Shown here in pieces: positions 14,993-23,593 of a stretch of 38,927 bases of DNA (within the stretch, counting starts at the first letter, position 1; the number at the start of each line of letters is the position of its first letter). The notes beneath the pieces were generated by a model. That model made no database searches. It was not told the origin of the DNA and worked only from the letters and a program-made list of their open reading frames with translations. Source of the DNA: a virus. The stretch covers positions 1 through 38,927 of the IMG/VR virus record IMGVR_UViG_3300028833_000309; one strand, given 5' to 3'. The translations under genes were made by a program, and so were the position numbers.

Positions 14993-15312
14993 TCTAATCC
15001 CGCTCCAGTAGCAACAGTAGTTAAGAAATCACCAGTAAACCTAATGTTCAATTTTTCGATTTCATAATCCCTTTTAAGCTTCTCGACTAATACTTCCGCT
15101 TGGTTGAGTTTATGTTTAGCATCACTTAACTCACGAGTAATGTATGCTTTTTTCTCATCCACGGTAGGTCTTTTCTTGCCTAATACTTCTTCAAAATCAG
15201 TGTGTAATAAAAGGTCTGCTTCCCTCTCTTTATACAAGAGTTTCTTAGCAGCATAATCAAGTTGAGCATCCACGAGTTCTTCGTTGATTGCTTTCAAATG
15301 TTGGATAGCCAT
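14989..15312 (-). CDS. Coiled-coil hypothetical protein
   Basis: Helical, with KKRPTVDEKKAYI; no secure family. Confidence 0.65.
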   Translation of the reverse strand: MAIQHLKAINEELVDAQLDYAAKKLLYKEREADLLLHTDFEEVLGKKRPTVDEKKAYITRELSDAKHKLNQAEVLVEKLKRDYEIEKLNIRFTGDFLTTVATGAGLE

Positions 15313-15314
15313 GT

Positions 15315-15506
15315 TTATTCCTCCATTTCGTATTCATCTTCACTGCAGGCAAAGGTCTTCTCCTCACAAGTACCGCAACGGGTGCAAGGTTCTTCCTCGT
15401 CTTCAGTGTTGATACATAAAGGTTGTATAAAATCAGCATCATCACCCTCAAAGGATAAATACTCTTCAAGGTGATGGTTCGGTTCAAGTCGAGGACCGAA
15501 GATCAT
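15315..15506 (-). CDS. Small acidic Cys-containing protein
   Basis: PLC...PCTRCGTCEEKTFAC. Confidence 0.55.
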   Translation of the reverse strand: MIFGPRLEPNHHLEEYLSFEGDDADFIQPLCINTEDEEEPCTRCGTCEEKTFACSEDEYEMEE

Positions 15507-15604
15507 ACTTCTTCTCCGACTATCTCGAATACAAGGTCAAGGAGTCTTATTAATTCTTCTTTACTGTATTCGATTCCGTTGTGTGTTAAAACGATTTCTT
15601 CCAT
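15503..15604 (-). CDS. 33-aa first gene of the early operon (not in ORF track)
   Basis: MEEIVLTHNGIEYSKEELIRLLDLVFEIVGEEV; ATGA overlap with the next gene; purine-rich RBS upstream. Confidence 0.6.
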   Translation of the reverse strand: MEEIVLTHNGIEYSKEELIRLLDLVFEIVGEEV

Positions 15605-15707
15605 ATTAATACCGCCTTCTCCCAAAGGTACAATTTTTTGTAGTGTTTGTGTATGTACTACTGTACTACACATTATACTTCTACAATTAACTATTGTATC
15701 TAACTAG

Positions 15708-15720
15708 TATATAAACCTTT
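15708..15720 (-). promoter_or_regulatory. Archaeal BRE-TATA promoter of the leftward early operon
   Basis: Minus strand AAAGGTTTATATA matches the methanogen consensus; about 100 nt upstream of ATG 15604. Confidence 0.7.
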
Positions 15721-15731
15721 ACATTTTTTCG

Positions 15732-15777
15732 TAGTTATAATTTGTATCACTTAATTATATAACTATCGGATTATATA
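15732..15777. promoter_or_regulatory. Inverted repeat (candidate operator) and plus-strand TATA boxes for the RHH gene
   Basis: tagttata (15732-39) / tataacta (15758-65); TTATATA at 15755 and 15771. Confidence 0.45.
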
Positions 15778-15813
15778 CTATATGTACAAACTTAAAAAAA
15801 GAGGTGAATGTAA

Positions 15814-15957
15814 ATGAATGAAAAAACACATATGTCTGTAAGGGTCCCTAGACAATTGCTAAAAGATTTGAAAATCATAGCAATACAACAAGACACCACA
15901 GTCTCCAAGATAGTCTTAGATTATATAGAACAATATGTTGAAGAACATAAAAAATAA
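15814..15957 (+). CDS. Ribbon-helix-helix (CopG/Arc/MetJ-like) regulator, probable immunity repressor (not in ORF track)
   Basis: MNEKTHMSVRVPRQLLKDLKIIAIQQDTTVSKIVLDYIEQYVEEHKK: alternating strand MSVRVP, helix A, then T(V)S.IV helix B. Strong GAGGTGA RBS; divergent from the early promoter. Confidence 0.85.
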   Translation: MNEKTHMSVRVPRQLLKDLKIIAIQQDTTVSKIVLDYIEQYVEEHKK

Positions 15958-16015
15958 GTATAAATACTATAAATAACTAATATAGTATTGTTAATAATTG
16001 GAATATTTTTATAAA

Positions 16016-16047
16016 AAAACGATTTCGTCTTTCTCCCAAAGGTACAA
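16016..16047. repeat. Bipartite direct repeat of 15588-15633
   Basis: aaaacgatttc + spacer + ttctcccaaaggtacaa; the spacer is 18 nt at 15588-15633 and 4 nt here. Confidence 0.85.
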
Positions 16048-16407
16048 AATTGCTTTTTTTACAATTCCTTTTATTAACATCCCTTATTAAAAATCCACCA
16101 ACTCTTTTTTTGCACAATAATATATTGATCATACACATTTATAAAACAAATTTTAGAGAGCATTTGAAAAGTATTACCTTACATTTATAACCCTCTCAAA
16201 ACATAAATAGTATTAAGGGAGAAAGGCAGAAAAAACGAAAACATTCATTTTGTTGATTAAGATGTTTTTTTAACACGATTTCATTTAAATCACCATATTG
16301 TATTTTTTAAGTTTTTTTGTTCTTTAATAAAGTCAAATTGTTTTATTTTATCTCTCCATTGGTTGTTTATTTTTTGTAATTTATTAAAATTTTAGGGGGC
16401 TTAATCA

Positions 16408-16473
16408 ATGGAAGAATGGTTTACTCCTTTCTCTCTTGTTTATATTTATGCCATAATATTAGCTCTAATTTAG
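16408..16473 (+). CDS. Possible 21-aa hydrophobic micropeptide
   Basis: MEEWFTPFSLVYIYAIILALI; preceded by AGGGGG and a TTTATTAAAA TATA-like box. Short enough to be chance. Confidence 0.3.
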   Translation: MEEWFTPFSLVYIYAIILALI

Positions 16474-16546
16474 CATGCAGCATTGGATTCAGCATATGAT
16501 GACTCGGGGATGGGATTATTTGGTCCTTTTATCATTTTTTCCACCA

Positions 16547-17707
16547 TTAGTGTTCCTGTTCCTGAGTCATTCCTCCGTTTTTTTCCATTATTTTTTTGAC
16601 TAGTTTTTCAAGTTCGTCTATCTTGTCTGCTTTTTCTTTTAACCTTGCCACTTCAGGACTATCAATGGTAATGGTGTGGACTTGGTCTAGTATGGTTACT
16701 TTGTCTATATTAGTTATGTATTTTTTTCGGAGTTCGTGTGGGTCATCGAAATAATAGGATTGTCGGACATTATCCTTGCACCTACCTTGGAGACTATCGA
16801 TTTCATCAAGTGTTAATCCGTTTTCGCCCCTTGCCAAGTTACTAGCGTGGAACTTACGGAGCATATGGGTACGGAGCAATGAATAACAACCTTTACTATG
16901 ACCACCTAATTGGTCGTTGAGTTCCTTGAATTTCACATTTAGGTAATTCTTATTTATCTTGAACAATTGCTTCTCTGGTGTTAACTTATCGGTTCGTGTC
17001 TCCAAATAATCCAATATTGCTTTTGTCGCTTCAGGACTGCAAAAGGTATAATAGTAATTATTGGTCTTTAACCTTTTAATGTGGAAGATTGGTATTATAT
17101 CCTCTTTAGTTTTTAGTTCATCGATTACATCATATATGTCTGTGCTATGGTGGTATTCACTTGTGGCAGTGATGAAATCCTGTAATGTGATGCTTGTGGT
17201 TTCAGCTCTTGCACAACCTGAAGATGTGATGAAGAGTATGATCGCTTTCATCAATGGCTTACTGTGGTTGACTGCTTTCTTGATTAAGTCTTTGGTGGGT
17301 AAGTCATTGTAGTAGATGGTTTCGTATTTTTTCACATTCTTATTATTCAATTGTGGAAGCTTTGGGAGTTCTATCTCGAAATGATTATAAATTGTTCGGA
17401 GTCCTGTCATTGTTTTTTGTACTGTTATGAGTGAATAGTTTCTTGTGTTGATTAAATAGTTACGATGATTGATTAATCGTTTTTTTATGGTTCTGTTCTT
17501 TAATCTTATGCCCTCGTCCTCTTCTTTCTCTGCTTCCGCTATTAATTCATATAGGGGTAACCCTTGACTTATGGTATAGTAATGTATTATTGTCCTGTAT
17601 CTTACCATTGTTGAGTGCATGATATTCCGTTCAAGGCACAATTGTTGGAGTAATTCCTCATCTTTTTCATTTAACATAATTCTCACCATATTATTATATC
17701 TTGTCAT
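16547..17707 (-). CDS. int: Tyrosine integrase/recombinase
   Basis: SGCARAE (R), RLKTN (K), THMLRKFH (HxxR), LQGR and SYY (catalytic Tyr). Start may be 17689 or 17677. Confidence 0.92.
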   Translation of the reverse strand: MTRYNNMVRIMLNEKDEELLQQLCLERNIMHSTMVRYRTIIHYYTISQGLPLYELIAEAEKEEDEGIRLKNRTIKKRLINHRNYLINTRNYSLITVQKTMTGLRTIYNHFEIELPKLPQLNNKNVKKYETIYYNDLPTKDLIKKAVNHSKPLMKAIILFITSSGCARAETTSITLQDFITATSEYHHSTDIYDVIDELKTKEDIIPIFHIKRLKTNNYYYTFCSPEATKAILDYLETRTDKLTPEKQLFKINKNYLNVKFKELNDQLGGHSKGCYSLLRTHMLRKFHASNLARGENGLTLDEIDSLQGRCKDNVRQSYYFDDPHELRKKYITNIDKVTILDQVHTITIDSPEVARLKEKADKIDELEKLVKKIMEKNGGMTQEQEH

Positions 17708-17749
17708 TATGCTTTTTTTATAGTGTTAGAGTGCATTTGACAAGTATTA

Positions 17750-17820
17750 ATGGGTAAGTTTTAGAGTTATCGGTGTCATCTTCTCAGAACTTCTATGATA
17801 ACTCTGATACTTTTGCCCAT
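17750..17820. repeat. Imperfect inverted repeat upstream of integrase (candidate attP arm or leader hairpin)
   Basis: agagttatc (17763-71) / gataactct (17797-805) perfect; outer atggg / cccat; inner ttct-c-agaa. Confidence 0.55.
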
Positions 17821-17936
17821 TTATTATTGTTTTGTTTTTGGTGGTTGTTAAATGTACGATATGAACATGATTGCATATTATTATTAGTATGATAACGAAC
17901 AAATAAATCGGAGTAAAAAAAAGCATTCAGAGGAAT

Positions 17937-18110
17937 TCAATATCCTCCGAACACCTTATCGCCTTTCCGAACAGTTACAAAATTCTTGCACTCCTCATCC
18001 TCAACTTCCAAAGCACATTTATAGGTGCCTTCCTTCAAGCAATTCACACATTGCTTTTGGTAGATTGCACCGTAGGTTTGGTATTTAGATTTCCGCCTCA
18101 TACTCATCAT
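17937..18110 (-). CDS. 57-aa Cys-rich protein after the holin (not in ORF track)
   Basis: MMSMRRKSKYQTYGAIYQKQCVNCLKEGTYKCALEVEDEECKNFVTVRKGDKVFGGY; followed by an oligo-T tract on the minus strand. Confidence 0.5.
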   Translation of the reverse strand: MMSMRRKSKYQTYGAIYQKQCVNCLKEGTYKCALEVEDEECKNFVTVRKGDKVFGGY

Positions 18111-18327
18111 TCATCACGGTTTCTTCGGTTTCCATTAGTGGTTCAGCATTACCTAAAAACTTGAAACTGTTAGGGTTATAGGCTGACCATACGGTTATGA
18201 TTAAACCGACCACAGCAGTCATAATAGTTACGAACTGGTCTTGACTCATATAAGTTGCAATGTATGGAGCAATGATAACATAAACCCATACCAATATTGT
18301 TGAAAGATTTCCTTCTAGATTATCCAT
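18085..18327 (-). CDS. Putative holin
   Basis: Two hydrophobic segments and an acidic C-terminus, directly after the endolysin. Confidence 0.7.
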   Translation of the reverse strand: MDNLEGNLSTILVWVYVIIAPYIATYMSQDQFVTIMTAVVGLIITVWSAYNPNSFKFLGNAEPLMETEETVMNDEYEAEI

Positions 18328-18328
18328 T

Positions 18329-19006
18329 TTATATCATCTCGACTTTATAGAATTTACGATTACCTCCACCAGTAGCCTTATTCAAGGTGGTGGAATTACA
18401 TACCTTTGGCCCTTTGGTTGGGTCAATAACATAATACTTGTTAGTGTCGGCCTTGTAGCACATTATGTAGTGGCCGTATGAATTCTTGTAGCTTAAGCAG
18501 TTACCAGCACTCTTGGTCTCTATCTGTAAGATTACAGGACAATAATTGTCAAGTGCTTTTTTGACTTCCTTGAACTCTCTCTTGATTGGTGTTACCTTGT
18601 AACCGAGCTTCTTCGCACCATTTATCAATTGTGTTGGTGTAGTGCCGTTCTTGTTTGTGCCTAATGTTTTCTTGATATAGGACTCGTATTTGTAATCGAA
18701 TAGGAATTGTAGGCACATTTGCAATGAAGCGACTCCGCAAGAGTATGGATCGTCTTGGTAGTTTATCACTAATGGGTAAGTGGCTTCAGTATTCAAGGTT
18801 AGGTAGTTTGGCTCTCTGCCGTGTTTTAGGTAGAATTGCATGTAGCCTTGGAATAAGCCACAGTATTCTCGTCTTGTTAGTCTGTCTATTCGGTTGTTTG
18901 TGTTTTTGAATTTGCAATACTTCGGTAAACGATGGTGTTCCTTGATAAACTTTCTTATCCGTTTCCTTGCATCAGTATAATCAGATTTGTTGTATCGTTT
19001 CATCAT
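18329..19006 (-). CDS. Endolysin: pseudomurein endoisopeptidase, PeiR-like (PMB-like repeats plus C39 peptidase)
   Basis: N-terminal HHRLPKYCKF and HGREPNYLTL repeats; C39 motif YQDDPYSCGVASL, GHY and VIDP. Confidence 0.85.
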   Translation of the reverse strand: MMKRYNKSDYTDARKRIRKFIKEHHRLPKYCKFKNTNNRIDRLTRREYCGLFQGYMQFYLKHGREPNYLTLNTEATYPLVINYQDDPYSCGVASLQMCLQFLFDYKYESYIKKTLGTNKNGTTPTQLINGAKKLGYKVTPIKREFKEVKKALDNYCPVILQIETKSAGNCLSYKNSYGHYIMCYKADTNKYYVIDPTKGPKVCNSTTLNKATGGGNRKFYKVEMI

Positions 19007-20085
19007 ATATCACTTCCATATGAGAATGTTCCATTTTTTGTCATAGTTGATTCGGTGATGAAATCATACATATAACCAGTTGTACCATTTCGTACTGGAA
19101 CACAATATCTTTTGATTACTCCATCTTTATCAGTTATCTTGAAATTATAGATTTTCATTCTACCATATGTATCATATTTGAACCCAGTAGAAGAATCAGT
19201 ATTTAATACGAACAATCCACAAGGATTGACACAATCATTTATTGTTCCACCATTCACGATTGTTTGTATAACTGTGCCATTTTGGGAAACAATACATTGG
19301 CTACCATTTGTAACAACATCATAAATCACATTGGTGCTTATAGTGTTACCACCTACTTCTGCACCAGTTCTTGCATAATTGAACTTATTTTGACCACCGA
19401 ATCGGCTAAATAAGGCATAACAATTGTTGTTTGAATTGTTTTTCCTTGCACCGAAAGGTGCTTCGTAACTACCAGTTCCTTGACTGCTTAATGTTATCTC
19501 TACAACATCTTCTGCTTTTAAGATATAACCAGTATTAATATATTGGCTACCAGTACTCTGTAAGTATTCCACTTGTACATAAGGAGATGGTACAACCCAA
19601 TTCTCTTTTTCTATTGTTACTGTATTGCTTGTAGATGAAGAGTATGTTGTTGTTCCAGTAAAACTTGCTTGATAAGTTGTAGTTTCAGACAAGTTGATCG
19701 TGTATGTTGCTATTCCCTCACTATCAGTTATGCAAGTTCCAATAATATTATTATCAGTATCTTTGATTGTTATTGTCCCATTTTTGATAACTCCTCTTAA
19801 ATCCATATCTGTTTGGGAAGTGTCATCATATGTTGCACTTAAAAGGCAGGTTAGTGTAGCTGTATCCTCGGTTGAAACTTTGTCGCTTGTTAATAATATG
19901 GAGGTGGTTAAGGATATTCCCCCTCCACTTGGGACATTTAAGATTTTGCCTGCAAGGGTTGTGAGACCATCGGAAGCAGTTGCACCACTAACTCCTTTTG
20001 TTACAAGGTTACTGGCCATTGTCTCTCCCAATTCAGACAAAGCACCATTCAATGTAGTTGTATCATTTGTAATCTTAATCACCAC
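19003..20085 (-). CDS. Tail fibre/adhesin: coiled N-terminus, Ig-like domain, C-terminal lectin-like domain
   Basis: NLVTKGV..A.DGLTTLAGKI; Thr-rich Ig-like YQASFTGTTTYSSSTSNTVTI; C-terminal VEYLQSTGSQYINTG...YCVPV. Confidence 0.7.
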   Translation of the reverse strand: MVIKITNDTTTLNGALSELGETMASNLVTKGVSGATASDGLTTLAGKILNVPSGGGISLTTSILLTSDKVSTEDTATLTCLLSATYDDTSQTDMDLRGVIKNGTITIKDTDNNIIGTCITDSEGIATYTINLSETTTYQASFTGTTTYSSSTSNTVTIEKENWVVPSPYVQVEYLQSTGSQYINTGYILKAEDVVEITLSSQGTGSYEAPFGARKNNSNNNCYALFSRFGGQNKFNYARTGAEVGGNTISTNVIYDVVTNGSQCIVSQNGTVIQTIVNGGTINDCVNPCGLFVLNTDSSTGFKYDTYGRMKIYNFKITDKDGVIKRYCVPVRNGTTGYMYDFITESTMTKNGTFSYGSDI

Positions 20086-20958
20086 CTATTGATTAATATA
20101 AGCAATCGCATCACCAATCAAATCCTCAATTGCATCAAAAGTATCGGATACAAGTTTCTCTGATGGCACATTACTATCAGATGGTGTGCTTTGCCAACTA
20201 GTAACCTTTGTAGCAGACACATATCCGCTGTGGGTATGGTTTCCTTCTGCGAATGTACCACTACTTGTACCGAAGCTTCCAGCAGTCAAAACACCACTAG
20301 TTGTAGTGATAATTGGTTTGCCACTAGTAGATCCAATCGCACCACTAGTTGTAATGTTCCCTATTTTCTGTTTACTGGTGATTGCTCCACTTGTGGTGGT
20401 GTATACGAAGTAATTCGCTGTACTTCCAACCTTTCCGTCATTGGTTAGGTTTCCATGTGCGTGAGATGTAGGAGTACGAGCATCAGTTAAACGACTATCA
20501 TTGTTCTTAACGAACACATTAGTACCATCACCATCGTTAGTCAAGTCACTGGTCTTTGTTGGAATATCTGAAGAGTCTGGCTTTGCATCTATTGCATCCT
20601 TCAACACTTTCCCTTGTTTCGCTGACAATGCGCTAGTGCTTGAAGTACTGGTTAGATTATCTACAATAGTTACACTTGCATCACTACCTTTAATGCTGAC
20701 TCTTGTACTGCAATCTACTGTATTAGTGTTCACAGCTGAAACAATATAATAGTAAGTAGAATAAAAGATTATGTCATTCACTGCGATTTCTAATCCTATC
20801 TTTCCGCTTAGGTTACTGATGTTGAAAGTGTATTTACTGTTAGCATATGTTGGAGCGGTAGATGTGTTCCATACACTTGAACCGTCATCTCCTTTCTCTC
20901 CTGCACTCCCTACAACATGTCCTAAGTTAAAGTCTTGGCCTCCATCAGCCATTATCAT
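20086..20958 (-). CDS. Tail fibre protein
   Basis: VDNLTS...ALSAKQGKVL motif, HxH motifs (SHAHG, NHTHS), Thr/Gly repeats. Confidence 0.75.
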   Translation of the reverse strand: MIMADGGQDFNLGHVVGSAGEKGDDGSSVWNTSTAPTYANSKYTFNISNLSGKIGLEIAVNDIIFYSTYYYIVSAVNTNTVDCSTRVSIKGSDASVTIVDNLTSTSSTSALSAKQGKVLKDAIDAKPDSSDIPTKTSDLTNDGDGTNVFVKNNDSRLTDARTPTSHAHGNLTNDGKVGSTANYFVYTTTSGAITSKQKIGNITTSGAIGSTSGKPIITTTSGVLTAGSFGTSSGTFAEGNHTHSGYVSATKVTSWQSTPSDSNVPSEKLVSDTFDAIEDLIGDAIAYINQ

Positions 20959-21464
20959 TTACCTCCTATTTGTGGATTTGTTGAATATATAAGGTCTCCA
21001 TTTTCATCTATATGGTAAGGGTTCAGTGTTCCTGTTGGCAATGTGACTATGAGGTCTCCATCATCATTGATTCTGAAGCTTCCTACCATTACCACACCAG
21101 AACCTCCACCTCCTCCCTCGATGGTAATGTTTCCTGAACCTAGGAGGGATTGGTGGTTTATTGTTTTAATATTGGTTCCACTGATGAGTTTATCCTGTTT
21201 TGTGTCATCGTGGATTGTTTTGTCTAATGCTCCGTAACATACTACATCATATATGCTGTTGTTGAGGAATCCGATTATGGCCTTATCACCAACACTTAGG
21301 TTTGCTCCATTTATGATGGGTACATTGGTATGTTCGAGGCCTGTGTCTTCTTCCTTTGCATCACAGTAGTTTCCGTTGAGTTTGGTGACTGTTGCGTATT
21401 TCTCTGTTGTGATGTCATCAATGTTACTTGTTGCTTTCAGTAGGTTTTCATAAAGGTCTGTCAT
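20955..21464 (-). CDS. Baseplate spike-like (OB-fold N-terminus) / fibre-associated protein
   Basis: KYATVTKL...NVPI...LSVGDKAIIGF resembles a gpV/gp45 OB fold; then KQDKLISGTNIKTINHQSLLGSGNI. Start at 21464 preferred. Confidence 0.5.
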   Translation of the reverse strand: MTDLYENLLKATSNIDDITTEKYATVTKLNGNYCDAKEEDTGLEHTNVPIINGANLSVGDKAIIGFLNNSIYDVVCYGALDKTIHDDTKQDKLISGTNIKTINHQSLLGSGNITIEGGGGGSGVVMVGSFRINDDGDLIVTLPTGTLNPYHIDENGDLIYSTNPQIGGK

Positions 21465-21485
21465 TATATAAACACACCCCATCTT

Positions 21486-22548
21486 TTAGTAGTGCCACAT
21501 TCCACGAAGGTTAATGTTCTTCATACCAGTTGAGGCGGATTGTACTGTAAGGGAAGTATATACTGGGTCTGATATGGTTAGTGGGTTTGACCTTGCTAAT
21601 CCTCCAACGATTGCAGAATTGAAACTTGCAAGTGGGGTATTCATCTTTGGAGTAATATCCACAGACTGATTTTTTACATAAATAATAAATCGTACATTAT
21701 CCACTATATTGATTGAAGCGGTGCTTGAGAAGGAGTAATTGGTTCTGTAGTACCGGAAATCAACCAATCGTAATGCCATATTTACATAAATATCTGCATA
21801 TTCCCATTCATCTCCTTTATTTGCATTTGTAAGATGCACCCATTGGTCTGCACTTCTGATATATCTATCATCGTGGTTGTGAGTATTATCACTTTTAGTA
21901 TCCACTAACCCTTTCAATACAAATCCTTGATTTGCAGAGAGAGGTTTGTCAGTATCTGTTGAAGTCAAATTATCCTTAACATCAGAAACACTAACCTTAC
22001 TCGCTAAACTATCGGATAAACCAGTAACATTAGATTGAAGAAGACTAGCACTAACACTAGCACTACTTGACTGGAAAACAAACTCCAAACCACTAACAGA
22101 TTTACCATTAGGGATAGTCAAGACAATATCATACTCCTTCAACACTTTCAACTCTGGCACATTACCTAAATCATCATAATCCAAGTTACTAGCAATCGGA
22201 GAGGTTCCTCCCTTATTAGCAATGTAAAATGTAACACCATTATCAGCAGTCAATGATATGCTCTTGAAACCACCATAACGGTTGAAGTTAGGATAAACAG
22301 TCAACCTGTAAACTTGACTGCTGCTGCTATTGTTCTCAATTGTTGAACCAATACTCAAGTTACTGTTAGGAGTAATGCTAACATCTGCCATCTTAGCCTT
22401 AACTATGGTACTGCTATTAGGGAAAACACCACCAGTATCACTTGGCAATGACACATCAACAGTCCAATCAAAAGCATTACCCACCAATAAACTATCATTC
22501 AAATTCTCACTATACGCCTTATCACCATTCTTAAAAAAATCATTAGCC
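21486..22548 (-). CDS. Tail fibre protein (baseplate-proximal)
   Basis: KDNLTSTDTDKPLSANQGFVL and HNHDDRY motifs; start MANDFF at 22548 has a GGTGA RBS. Confidence 0.7.
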
Positions 22549-22551
22549 ATA

Positions 22552-22755
22552 CTATTCACCTTCCTGAATCTCAAAATTAACCAATTCTTGATCATGCTTA
22601 TCGAAGCATGCCTTGAAATTACTGCCTCTTACGATAATGAAATCATCATCAACAATAGCATTGCCGACAAGCTTATCGAAATCATACTTGTCCCAAGTAG
22701 AGTCATCGAAGCAATCCATCAAATCAAACTTTAACTTTTCCTTATCAAAATCCAA
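22552..22755 (-). CDS. Small acidic baseplate-region protein
   Basis: TTG start with AGGTGA RBS; fills the operon gap. Confidence 0.55.
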   Translation of the reverse strand: MDFDKEKLKFDLMDCFDDSTWDKYDFDKLVGNAIVDDDFIIVRGSNFKACFDKHDQELVNFEIQEGE

Positions 22756-22757
22756 CC

Positions 22758-23579
22758 CTAATCACCTACACTAATCAAGATGTTACCCTTAATACTTATG
22801 AATGATTCAAGGAACCTTAGATACTGTTCATCCCAATCATTATCAGGCACGATGATTGAGATTGTTCCTTGAGCCAACCTATCATTAACAACATTAACAC
22901 CACTCTTATCCACCAGGTTATCAGTGATTATGTCTGTATCATCCTCATCATAAGCAGCCAATGTAACATTAGTAAATGGTGGAGTATCATATCGTTTATG
23001 GTCTACTGTGTGAATGCTGCCCAATATGGTTGTGCTTGTCTCTGCACTTCCAAAAGCATTACCGAAAGCAACTAATAAATCCTTCATAGTCAACAATTGA
23101 TGGTTCTGAAGGTATAGGTAGATGCGGTATTCCTCATCAGTTAATACTCTTGAATATGTGGCTCCATCACTGGTATAGGATAAGTGAGGCCTAATAAGAT
23201 TATAAGACCTTCCCCAGAAAACATCCAAACTGTTCAAGACATCACCTGTAACAGTCTCAGTAACCCATTCCCCATCAACAAAGGAATACTTAGTGAAACT
23301 ACCACCAGTAGTGGTGTAATTAGTGACATAATAAGTGTGGTTAGTGTTAGGTTCTTCAGGGAAACCATTCACAATTTCCACATCTCCAATGCTGCAATCA
23401 AGTATAGAGTAATCATTACGGAACTGTGTGATTAGATCATTCAACCAGTCAAAACAGCCACCAATGATTTTATAGATGAAGAAACCTGTAGGGCTTGGTG
23501 GGTTCATGAAGTTGTTTTCAATGTCATAATGGTAATCGCAGATTTCATCTCCAGTTAAGCTGGAATTATCATAAGCCAT
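22758..23579 (-). CDS. Baseplate wedge subunit (gpI / Mu gp48-like)
   Basis: LDVFWGRSYNLIR...LTDEEYRIYL pattern; directly follows the baseplate J-like gene. Confidence 0.65.
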   Translation of the reverse strand: MAYDNSSLTGDEICDYHYDIENNFMNPPSPTGFFIYKIIGGCFDWLNDLITQFRNDYSILDCSIGDVEIVNGFPEEPNTNHTYYVTNYTTTGGSFTKYSFVDGEWVTETVTGDVLNSLDVFWGRSYNLIRPHLSYTSDGATYSRVLTDEEYRIYLYLQNHQLLTMKDLLVAFGNAFGSAETSTTILGSIHTVDHKRYDTPPFTNVTLAAYDEDDTDIITDNLVDKSGVNVVNDRLAQGTISIIVPDNDWDEQYLRFLESFISIKGNILISVGD

Positions 23580-23593
23580 AAATCTTTATCCTC

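Noticed and set aside
16474-16548. tRNA-3'-end-like string (aatcccatccccgagtca on minus) and a 25-aa ORF after int as att core or host-gene remnant
   Set aside because: No GTTCRA T-loop or CCA, and no recognisable protein; cannot be supported without a host search.
17772-17796. CUGA-GAA-GAUGA box D'/C'-like motif within the hairpin, suggesting a C/D guide RNA
   Set aside because: No flanking box C or terminal box D, and L3 is not U; likely chance.
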